From NCBI RefSeq assembly GCF_964355755.1, contig NC_092671.1:1116001-1180000 (forward strand): a stretch of DNA of 64,000 nucleotides, given 5' to 3'. The notes under the pieces are model-generated. The model saw nothing but the letters and a program-made list of their open reading frames with translations. It made no database searches and was not told where the DNA came from. Each line of letters starts with the position of its first letter. Within the stretch, counting starts at the first letter, position 1. This DNA comes from Antedon mediterranea. Lineage: Eukaryota; Animalia; Echinodermata. Made by a program: the position numbers and the translations under genes. Shown piece after piece: positions 52,201 to 64,000 of this stretch.

Positions 52201-55200
52201 AGTAATTCATTCATTTTAAAACGAATATGTACATATTGCATACGGTACTGGTACGTCAAGGTATAATGTAAAATAAAAACAAATTCTTTCTTTCCATAAT
52301 TATTTTCTGATGAAAACGATTTATCATCAATATTTATCATCTGTCTAAACTAAAATAAGACTGAACTAAAACTAAATGTTAATGGTATCCCGTTCTCGTC
52401 CAAATAATAGTCTGTGTAGATAGATAGAAAGATAACCAATCATTCAAAATAGTAAGTTGCTGTATAAATTTAATGAAATGTACTATGGTATAATCTCTAA
52501 CATTAATTACAATTTGTAATGAATTAATTACATGACATTAAAGAACTTATTCCTCCGCCAAAATGGGATTAAATTGGTGGCCTTTTTGCAAAGTATGCCA
52601 GCAGCTCGTCCTCGATTGATGAACACTCACTCGCTAGTGAGATAGAACGCATTATCATCGTCGCGTCTCATTCTCATTTGCATATCGTCTACTACGTACA
52701 CTCCATAAAAGCCTCACTACTCAAGAAATTTATCCAAAAAAGTAAGTACAAATATTCTTTAAATATTAGATCAGACGAAAGATCGTTGTAGCGAATATGT
52801 ATATTTAAGTTGTGTAACTTGAATATCTTTTGTAAACTTGTTATTAGAAGTACACATTATTGAAGTGTTGATAATCAATATGACACACACACTGCATTAC
52901 GCTTGTATGAATTCATTGCCACTGGCCATTATAAACCGCTCTTGTACGATATACTTATTTTCTTTAATCTAAAACATGAAATTTACAATATTTTAAAAAA
53001 TGAATCTGAATTCGTTAAATGTAATATATTTAAATTAGCCCTCAGTATTCACTTTCCTTATTGAATTCCATATGTGTTATCTAAAACCATCATGTGTTTG
53101 GAAAACCTTGCTTCTTTACAGTTTTAAATTGCGTTTATAATATTTTAATTATTGTATCGGTATTAGTGTTTTGAAAAAGCAAAAAAAAAAAAATCTAACA
53201 AAAAAAACAACCCCTTGCTAATGCTAACAAAGAAGAAAAGGTTTATAAAATAATTCATAATATTATAAGATAAACAATTCGTTATCAAGTTTTTTAGTTA
53301 GATATTGATAGATATTGATTGAAATCGATCGAGAATGGATACAGAGAGAACAGAATAAATATGAATTCAATATTAGTAATTTTTTTGTAAATAATATCAA
53401 CAAAAGCTGAACATTGTTCATACCGTAATCAAGCATCGTCGTTACGCTATCAATCCGTGTTTGTCTTAATTAACTTTCCTTTGTTATTGTCCTTGCTAAT
53501 TTGGTCTCATGAAATTGACAAAAGGTATAGTATTCTTATTGCAATGAATCTGTCACCAATCGTGTATGGTAGTAGAGCGTTGTGCCAAACGGTCACTTAA
53601 AAATATGGTTATTTTACAATGTGGTTTTTAAAAAAAATTATATTCTATTACTAGTTGTTCCAAAATTGTGTTTTCTAAATTGGGGAGTGAGGGATAGTTG
53701 AGGTATTCTCCTGATTTTTATAAATATTATTAAGAAGCCGTAACTTCAATACATGGAGGTATAACATTATACCTCCATGTTCAATATATCCAACATAATT
53801 TGTTTTAGCAATAGGTTTACTACATTCCACCCGATTCCCAGTACTGTATCTCCATATACTATCTATTTCCGAAGAATCATAGGAATATTTTGTAATACAG
53901 CATCTCATTTATATCACATGTGGTGCCTGTATCATGTAATGTAGAAACCATGTGTGATGTTGTATTACCAAATATACCTACGATGATCCTTTGGAAATAG
54001 ATGCAGTGCATATGTCAAAATAATGTCATTCAGTCCTTTATTATTATTATTGTACGGATTAGAATAATTCCTCGATATCTAAAATAAACAATATACTGAT
54101 GATCGTCGTGTTGTTAAAAGGAAGTGTTGTTTGTGGGTTCAACCAAGTACGGTATTCCATTAACACAATTCGGGAAACACCTGCCTGTTTAGACAATCCG
54201 TGCTCTTAATTGTATTATTGTATTTTAGCCCTGAAAGGGGCAGATGGTGGCGTAAATTGTATTTTAAAGACGTATTGTCCCCAAAAACATGAAAAAATAA
54301 AGATGAATTAAATCAAACTTTAAATATGCAATTTTGTATAGTTTTAATGAAGTTATTCACAAAACTAATTAAACAAAAATATGTCGCTGATATAACTAAA
54401 AACACAATTTATTTCCGATTTCTTTAAATTACGAGTTTATCATATTTTTTTCGATCCGATCTTTGGTCAAAGTGAATAGGCCTAACTATTATGTGACATT
54501 AAAATGGTATATTCAACAACAAATATTAATGTTTAAAACTATTTGTTGAAAACGGAAAATATGGGCTTATCTTTAATTGAATTTACAAACTCTTTTTCGG
54601 AATGATTCCATACCGTAATTTTACCCAGACACAGTTGTGGGCCTACACTAACAATAGTTGATGAATTGTATTAGCATATACCACATCCAAACTGTACATT
54701 TAAAATAATGTAATATAAAGAATGCTATATCAAATTTGTTTACTTCAATTTCTTTTCAATAAAAATTTATCATAATGCCATATTAAATATTAATATTTAT
54801 TTGTAGACCTTGCTTATTATAACACTTTCGGTCGATTCTACATCGAGGGTTTTTATAATGTTCAAAGATAAGTTAGGCTATAATGAAATTGCATTTCACA
54901 CGAATACGATCTATGCACATCGCATTTAATTCGTGAAAATATCGAATCGCTTGTTTGCAAGCCATAAGCGAAAGAAGCGTGAAATTACCATGTACTCACC
55001 AAATCTTACGTCACGCACTAAATCATAAACTGGAAAGTTAAAATGCGCATGCGTAATACATTTCGTAAAAAAAAAACAATTACTATTCGTACTTTGCGTT
55101 TATTCATCGCATTTAACAGAAACTACATTCAATACATAAATTTAAATTTCTCGCATTAAGTTGTATTGGTTATATTCTCTGTGTTCTTTTAAGAAAATTA

Positions 55201-58200
55201 ATTCGTTCTTACCCAGATATAATTTCAACAAACCATAAATGAAGTGTAGGCCTAATAAAGGCAATTTAACGAATGGGATACAAAAGCACCAGGGGTGGGG
55301 TGACGCACCGCACCAGGGGCGGGGTGACGCACCAGGGGTGGGGTGACGCAGGTATCAAAATAAATAATACCACTTATGTGTAAATTCTTAATACATTTAA
55401 CATATTCAAAATTAAATTCACATGTCTTGTTTAAGTTTACAACAATTGTTAAAAGCCCGGAGGCCTAAATGGGATGGGTGGAGTTATTACACAAACTAGG
55501 CCTTAGATTTAAATAATAATTTGTATAAAAAAATAAAACCGCCAGTATGTGTAGCCTTATATAGGATAGGCCTATTTATAGGCCCTGGTAAAATGATCTA
55601 CAGAGTCGTGATTGGGTATATCTAAACAGAAAACCCCTGAAAGGCATCCTCTCAAGCAGCTCATTCAACAAACAAAATCGATGACGACCGAGATGATGCG
55701 CATGCGTACACATTATTTGTTGATATTTGAGGCCAAACACGTTGCTGTAGTACAGCAGTAGTTATTAAAATATCTGGCTGATGACCACGTGATATCTGGT
55801 TGATGACCACGTAATCGTAATTTTAGAAGATTTATAGGAATATAAATCTTGTAAAATCGATCAGAACCATCTATTAAAATGTCAAGGTATTAAAACAACT
55901 CCAAACAAAAGGTTGTATTATTAATACATTAACATAATACAGTATATACACATTAACGATATTTGGTTTTTTTTATATTTAAAAAAATTCAATTCAATTA
56001 TTAGGTTATATGCATGATATGCATATAACCTCTTGATTCTGTCAAAATCTTTATTTATTTATTTATTTATTTATTTATTCTTTCCTTAGCACTATTTGTC
56101 CGTGAATTATCTTGGCATCAGTTTCATCTATCTAAGTCAATTTTTCAGAGTATATTCCTTATGGCCAGGAATCGATGTGGTTATGTTTTCACGATGCGCA
56201 ATCAAAAATTACGCGGTCTACGCGCGATTTAACGAAATCACGTTTGTAATCATATCTTCACAAACAAGAATCACTTTTAAACAAAATTTGGTACTCATAA
56301 ATTTCAGGTCATATTTCATCATATGGCAATACAATTACGTGCGTAGCGCATATAACGCATGCGTACGCGCGCTTAAAATGTTGAAAATTGTCAGAATTTA
56401 TTTTCGATGAAATTAGAGTACGTTTCAGGCAATTTTAAGCGTTTAAAAAATTGCCATGAGTGCGCAGATTTTTGCACGCGCACTGCGCGTCAAACGTTAA
56501 TGCGCACTGTTTGTGTCCGATTACTGTTGTATAACCTTTCTTTAATAATATCATCATATTTTATTCACTTTTCAACGCGAAACAGCGTTATACGAGCACG
56601 TCAAAAGTGACGGGCTACGCACGTGTAAGTTAACAAAATGGTGAAAATATGCTAAATTTTAAAATTAATATATATCGTTAGAATGCTCGGGAACACGTAT
56701 TTTTTATTTAATTTTCTTGAAGTGTATATATCATATGTATGATTTGTTATGAAATTAGAAGAACAAAAGTTGATTAAGTCATCATTAATGGCACATTAAA
56801 TTTAACAAAATTAATTTCGACAATCAAACAAATTATAACATTTTCTTAGGCCAAAATAACAAACTTAACGTTAACTTTCTTCCTTAAGAAGTTCATATAT
56901 TAAAGTTAAAAGTATATAGTTTGACAGTGCATCATTTTTTTTAATTTTTAAAGATGTCATCATAGTAAAACATTATAATTCATTGCGGTATGTAATAATC
57001 TATCTGCACCAAAGTGGTTACTGCATAGTAAATACACGGAGGAATTTTTCTCCAACTTTTAGTCAGTTGTGTATGGCTCGATGGTCTGTGCTCGTGTCAT
57101 GGCATTCAAAGTACCGAGTTCGAGTCTCACATTGGGAAACGAAATAAGATTTTTTTTTTATTATCCGTATTGTTCAAATTTATTTCTTAGTGTATAGATT
57201 ATACACATGATTTATAATGAAATCTAGATAAAAAGTTACTTTATGCCTTTATTATTATGTAACAACAAATGCGGTTTATGACATTATACGCAGAGGGATC
57301 TTTGATCGGATTGTGATACCGGCTATGGTGTTCGCGTTAGCAAAGTCCTATCATATATTATAAATAATTAAAGATTCTGAGAAAATCAATCAATCAATCA
57401 ATATATCTTTTAAAAATCAATTATCTTTATTTAAATCAATGCATATAACCTATAATTCGTCATAGTGACGAATTAAATCTAGTTAAATGAATTGTTATTC
57501 ACTATACCCAAAGATTTTAGATTAATAGAGGGTACAAATCGATCGGCCGACATTTCACACAAATTTTAACAAAATTAATAGGCATACATTTGTTACAATG
57601 TGAACCATGAGATACCATTGTCATACGCGTTATTATCACAAAGCATTTTGATTGGTCCAGAGTATCAACTTAATTTAGATAGAGGGTGCTTTGTTTTGCC
57701 TGGCAGACTATCTAAGGATCGAGGTCCGTTTTGTTGGTTCAAGACATACACTAAAAAAAGCTAAATTGTTAGAATGACAGATGCTAATAATATAGCAATT
57801 AACGTAAAAGTATCTTACAATGCTTTAACTTGTTAGTTAGTATTGTTTAAAGTGCATTGAAAGTCATACCTAGTCCATGCTTAGGCCATGGTGAAGTAAG
57901 TTTCTCCATGCCTTAGCCTAGCTAGGCCATGGTGTTAGGCCTACCAGTCGCGGTGTACCATGACCATCTACCTACCCTATTCTCAGGTGGTCACATCGTA
58001 TTAGATAACCTCTACGGTAGGTAGGTATAATCAGGGAGATACATCTCCCTGGTATAATCTCACAAATGTACTATAAATAATTTGGTTTGATTATAAAATA
58101 ATAATGTTTTTTAATTCAACTATACAATAAAAACAGGATTTTTTTGATAAACAAAATTAAACCAGGCTGTCTGTACTGTAAATAACAATACTTTTATTTA

Positions 58201-59915
58201 TTTTTAATAATAACAAAATAATATTATTGTACTGCCATTAAAAAAAAATTACTAAAATAAATGAGCTAGACAAAATGAGCGGATTAATAAATAATGCGGA
58301 AAACAATATCATATCCTATTGACCTTGTAATATATGTGTAAAAATATGAATTTTGATTCATAATTAATATGTTTGAAATTAACAGCAAATACAATTCTCA
58401 CATCATTTGTAGTTTTATTGTTGAAATTGCATCTGAATGAAGTTTCACTCGTTGAGCATAATGGCATTCAGTGCTTGCTAACTTATTAACATATTAAATG
58501 TTGAGCTACGTTACATCATAAGAATGCTCGAAGCATTGAAACACACCACAAAAGCATTTCTAATTAAGCTTTGACATTATCTAAAAGCCTGTTCATAATC
58601 GTTAGGTTAAGCTGATTATCTAATACAACTGAAATGATAAATTATTCTGTAGAATATTTTCCATGAATTTTTATCTTTATCTAAAATTAAATTAGTCAAT
58701 TGTAACAATTTTTATAGAAGTATTTCATAAAAATGATATGGATATTTTATTCAAGATACATTTACAATTTAAAATATAAACTTTTTTTTTTATAAAAGAT
58801 TGAAATTAAAAATATATGCAAGCCCAGGGAGCACTTATTTATTCTATAAGCGTTAATGAGTACATACGAACATCAGTGATACAAAATATGAAATGTTTTT
58901 GTTTTTGTATTTAAAAGAAAAATCATGTTGGTTGTTATTAGTGCATTTTATTGTTTTAAGTTTTATAGTGCCTTCATTTTGTATGACCCATGGGTCCTTG
59001 GATAGATCTTATTCACCAAGCATTCGTTTGAACACATACAAACAAAACTCATCAGAATATCTTAAACAAACCCAAGGTTTTAAATTTCCAAAAGAAATAT
59101 GTAGTTTGATCTTGAAGAAGAAGATTTTAATTTAACGTTACTGAAGATCTGAATTAAATATGGGAGCAGGTGTGGTTGTTAGAGGGTCTGTTCGTTCCTT
59201 TTGCTTTGTTAGTCCTCGCACTTCACTGCACACTACAACAAAGGCTGCTTGCTCTACAAAGGCCTCACCACTATTCAACTTTAAAATGAACATGTGTCAA
59301 AGATTAGTATAAACATATATATTAGCTGCATCAACATAAAAGTGAAGTTCCCAGATTACAGAAAGGCCCAATGGGAATGCTGACAACAAAAGAACTAATT
59401 TTATGCATGTTGGCAACAGTATAAATAATGTTGATAATGTTTGTAAATAAATGTTGAAATATTGTAAATAATAAAGTTCATCAATTCCTTAATGTTTATA
59501 TGTCAAATGACCATGTGATTGATTTATTAACATTTTTTTTATTTTAAAATCTAACATAGCTTCTCTTCAAACATACACACTACTATAGTTATATTATTCA
59601 TTATTAGTAGTATAATGAATACAACAAATATGTTTCAATATAAATATGTTGATCCAACAGCAGATTGAGTGAATTAATAAGTGAATTATTATTATAATGT
59701 AATTTCTTTTATATATATAAAGTTCAAAATGTTTGTTTTTTTTATGTTTTAAATCACTACCATGATATTGTAACACTACCTACATACATAAAAAATAATT
59801 AATTTTACTACAATTTATCAAGTTTTTCTTAACACAAATTGTTATTATTTTGTAATTGTTTTTCAGATGAACCGGCCCATACAAGTTAAACCTGCAGACA
59901 GTGAGAACAGAGGAG
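49257..59915 (+). CDS. CUGBP/Elav-like family RNA-binding protein (CELF3-6 subfamily), RRM1 exons only; gene continues beyond the window
   Basis: Exons 49257-49488, 49746-49828 and 59867-59915 give [45 protein letters not shown]|[27 protein letters not shown]|[16 protein letters not shown], typical of CELF3/4/5/6. The exon for RRM2 was not found before 64000. Confidence 0.93.
51172..51300. mobile_element. MITE family B copy in CELF intron 2
   Basis: CTTGGATCCCACTAAAGCGTAACGC...CTAGTGTGAACCAAGCT. Confidence 0.7.
51663..51818. mobile_element. MITE family A copy in CELF intron 2
   Basis: AGCTCAGTCTACACTATC...GATAGTGTAGACAGAGCT. Confidence 0.8.
55286..55350 (+). repeat. G-rich tandem repeat, 3 copies, G-quadruplex potential
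   Basis: GCACCAGGGGYGGGGTGAC x3, giving six GGGG tracts. Confidence 0.75.
55998..57482 (+). mobile_element. Helentron/HINE (DINE-1-like) non-autonomous rolling-circle element
   Basis: 5' subTIR TAGGTTATATGCAT (56002-56015) with adjacent IR (56019-56031), then (TTTA)n; 3' subTIR ATGCATATAACCTA (57439-57452), stem-loop AATTCGTCA-TAG-TGACGAATT (57454-57474) and terminal CTAG (57479-57482). Confidence 0.75.
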
Positions 59916-62900
59916 GTAGGTTAGATTTTATTTTGTAAACAATTTTATTTTTAAGAATACCAGAGCACTCGTTGGCTTCAAATGTCTAATTTATGCATCA
60001 TCGAAAGGAAACGTACAATAATGGAATAATCAATAAGATGATGACGACGAGCATTGTGCTTGCTTAAGCGTTTCTTAAGCAAGTCATTGAGTGCTGGCAT
60101 TTTGTAGCGTCGTCATCGTACTGTGTTCAACATAATTATCATAAATTATGTCTAGTAGTACTTGTACGTCACTTTTCATCGTTACAAGGCAACACAAAAA
60201 TGATATGACAAAACTATATGGAAAGAACCAATCGTGAATATAATATAAATATCGTGGTATATATTTATTATTTTTAAATTTTTATCTATTTTAATTTTAT
60301 CGGTTATTAATAAAAAAGTAATTTTAGTAACACATAATCTGTTTTTGCAGTTAGAAAAATATTGTTTTAAAATAAAAATAAATTTTTTATTTACCAAACT
60401 CAATGTTTTAAAATTAGTAACTGAAAATATTTTGACATTTAAAACTAGTAATTAAGGAAATGCTGTCTGATGTCATTCACTTGATAAATGTTGACAGTTT
60501 AAGAAATGTCAAATTTTAAATATTCTTTTCCAATTTCTATTTTAAAATGTGATTTATTATTACTAGATTTAAATACTATACTTTCTCAATTATTATTAGA
60601 TTCATGTTACAAATGTCTTATTTTAAATCAAATATAATCAAATTATATTAGATAATGCCAAAGATATAATCATATAATATAAATACATTATCTAAAGGCA
60701 TATACAAGCTCTTTCAAACCTTTGAAAAGAAAACCAGACTTTTATTTATTTTTTAAACATACATGCCAGCACAAGGGTAGCCAGTAATTGTTGGCTGTAT
60801 TGAAGCATATGTATATTTATTTTATACATTTACATGCTTAAAGAAACAAATTCATTTTTAAAAATATATAATTATTAAATTTAACAAATATTGCAATATG
60901 ATTATAAACACATTTTAAAGTAATTTCATTGAAAAATTCTAAATAAAATATACAGTATATAATGTAGAAAATACACTGCAGTAATTTTAAAATGTTACTG
61001 AAGAAATTTAGTGTAGAATAACAATGAAATAATATGACTGTATCGTGAAGGTATGACTGTATCATAAGATCTACTGTAGGGATGATAAGCAAATATGGCT
61101 TAACAATTACTGTTAAAGACATACGAACATGGATACAGTTATATTGCGGCAGCTCACATTATAGAATAAATACACACTGCATATAAATTGCAAAGAAATC
61201 TACAGATACATTAGCCACATAAGTCTAAGTCTTCTTTCTTCTAAATTTAATTGTACATTTCTAGCAACAACTGATTGCGGTTTGTGATTTATTATTTCAC
61301 TACGTTCAGTATTTATTTAAGAAAGCCCACAGCGTATCTCATGCAGTTATTACATTGCGGGTAAGATTTCACTCGTAAAACAACGTTGTTGTCGTAAAAA
61401 AACAAATGCAAACAAATCCTCACATTTCATTTATGTTTCATTTCACTATTTATTCATAATTTATTTCAAATATTACTATTTTATTTTAAAAATTAAAAGT
61501 AAGTATATATACAAAATATTGAAAAGTTCAAAATATATTTTGTTATGTGATATAATGTTTTCAAATTGAACAAAAATTATAAATTTGTTGAATAATATAT
61601 ACCAGTAAGTAAATATATTTTAATACAAATTTTAAAAGTCCAAAATATTTTATGTTTAATTTTTTTTTTTTTTTGTTAAATAAATATACCATTAATCGAA
61701 ATACTTTTTAAAAATAAAATATAAAAGTAATACGTTTGTGCTCGTTGTTGTACAGTATGAATATGAAATAAAAATAAAAAACAAGAAATTAACTATAAAA
61801 AACAAAAACTTGTTTAGAACCTGTAATAAATAATCATTATGATGATGAATGAACTAAAGCTGCTCAACATAATGATTGCAAACCGGATACCACTTTCACA
61901 GTGAACAATTCAACGATAGAACGACGCCCCACGTTACTGAAAACCAAGCAAACCAGCTGAGTTCTTTGTTCTATGTCAATTGATTAAACAACATTACATA
62001 TTCATAAGTATGCGTATCGTATATGCTGCTGCATTAGCCATTCAGCACAAGTTTAATATGGGTCAATACAATACTACTAGGTTTCCGTATAAATACACCA
62101 TACATAATTAAGTATTGATCCAGCTCTGTAAAAATGCTATTTAATGAAAGTAAACGCCAGGTATCGTGACGGAGTATAATTAGATAAAATGGAAGCAATA
62201 AACTTGTGGTTCATAGATATAAAAGTACATCATAATATATTATAAAATGTATAATTTTTTTTTCGTTTTGTCTTTTATATATTTATATATATTAGTATTT
62301 ATTCAAATTTAACATAATTATTAAAACATAGCACAAATTCTGAATTGACTTTTACATGAGGTAAAAACATCAAAAGGTAAAAAAAGTGCAATAAAAATAC
62401 AAATTCATTCATAACAATGTATAGACACATGTACATATACAAAAAGTCAACCATTCATTCATACAAAAAATAAATGGTATCTGTTGTAGCGCAGGTACAG
62501 TATTTTTTTTTATGTATGTTTAGTCATTTTCATTTAATTTTAGTTACCACCAAACAACCAAAGTAGTTTGGTTTTAATCAATAATAAAGATATTGATTGC
62601 TTGCACACAGTGTGTCTAGTAGCACAACACAATATTTATATCAATATAGCAATTCAAAGTTTTAACTGGAATGTTAAAAACCAAGTGGCATTTAGTTTGT
62701 GGACACCAACATTTGATTAATTACAGGTATTTCATTAAATAATAACCGTAATGCCATACTCCTCATTTCCTTTCTAATTTTCTATCCCTTTCTTTCCTTC
62801 CTGATCTTCTCACCTTCTTTCCTTCACCTTTCATCTCATTAAAACATCTTCAAACTAACAACCCTCTTCTTAGGGTTGAAGAAGGAACCACAAAATTACC

Positions 62901-64000
62901 TTTACAAGATTTTACAATTGAAACTAAATATCAATTTTATAGTTTTTATCTTAGAAATAAATATTTGGTCTGACCTTCACCAAAGCAAACAGTGAAACAT
63001 CTAAATCCACTCGTTTTTCTTGATTAATACAAAAGAAATGGTTTGTTAGTATTTCTAATTAGAGTGGTCTTTATTTAGAGGAAACGGTTATCTTCCTTGA
63101 GAGTGAAGATAAATTTATGACGGACAAGAGAGATGCATGAATTCACTTACTGTACAAAAGATAATCACAATCATTAATAACTGTCCATAATTAGCATAAA
63201 TAAAGAATACATTTTAATGATCTGGCGTTAGAAGTATTTTGTAATTAGTCAGGCGTTTTACATGTGTTAATGGTTTCTTAATATCGTTAATGTGCATCCG
63301 AGTTCACTTAGGAAGCATTTTAGATTCAGCTCTTTTAGACTCCATTTAATGGACATAGCATAATAAGAGTAAGAGTCCATCTACACGTCCATCCACAACT
63401 GATGGTCATGTTATGTTTTTGATTGTTGAAATAAAATGAATACGGTAGAAAAAGAGGACACTTAATATTGGTTATCCTCTTGGCTATATATTTGCACCTC
63501 GTTCGTTTCACAAGAAAATGTTCCCTTTATAGGGATATCCTAAAGATGCAGTACAGTGTCTATGTCAACACCTTATCAGTGGGAATAAATAAATAAATAA
63601 ATAGTTTTAATATTCATTTTTCTTAATCAAGTTTATTACCTATGTTCCAATCTTTTAAAAAGCTTTTACATTTTCTTCTGTATTACCTTTCATTTCATAG
63701 CGTCGTCATTGAAAACAATCGATACATTGACAATGAACAAATTGCGTCATGGCCATTTATGTTATTCCTTTTTTTAACCACCCACCCACTCAACTCATTC
63801 GTCATTTGTCCTTTTTGACAATAAATAATAAAAATTATCAATGCCTACTTTGTATATATTTCAATTGCATACCTGGAGGCTTCTAAGATAGCAAATTTAA
63901 TTGAATTATATATAACGTGGATTTTGTTTTTAATGCAACAGATTTCCAAAACATTAATAAAGTAATATATTATGGTGATTTTTTATTTAATACAAGTTGC

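Noticed and set aside
57065-57140. Genuine tRNA gene (also the SINE head at ~17520-17595)
   Set aside because: A and B boxes are present but I could not fold a proper cloverleaf; treated as tRNA-derived heads.

Overview
AT-rich eukaryotic (invertebrate deuterostome-like, probably echinoderm; this is an inference) genomic window with spliceosomal GT-AG genes. I reconstructed five genes by hand. (1) The 5' part of an M1 aminopeptidase N-like gene on the - strand, running off the left edge, with a candidate in-frame upstream micro-exon about 11 kb away. (2) A complete 10-exon, ~1005-aa cysteine-rich LRR (AMN1/FBXL-like) gene on the - strand with a large acidic insert. (3) TMEM267, two coding exons, + strand. 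(4) CARNMT1, eight exons, - strand. (5) The first three exons of a CELF3-6-type RNA-binding gene on the + strand, running off the right edge. Intergenic and intronic DNA holds many non-autonomous elements: PIF/Harbinger-type MITEs nested in or beside each other, Kolobok-, Tc1/mariner-, Ginger- and Helentron-like elements, a Deu/Nin-domain tRNA SINE, CR1/L2/RTE-X-type LINE fragments and four minisatellites. The most unusual observations are the candidate APN micro-exon, a foldback with nested long inverted repeats between the convergent TMEM267 and CARNMT1 3' ends, a CR1>CR1>Ginger-like triple nest confirmed by reading-frame restoration, a Helentron-like element carrying a Pol III head, structured RNA candidates around CELF exon 3, possible P-element excision footprints, and decayed exon-like relics arranged head-to-head at about 14-26 kb. 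I found no prokaryotic-type systems such as CRISPR. All calls were made by eye, without database searches.
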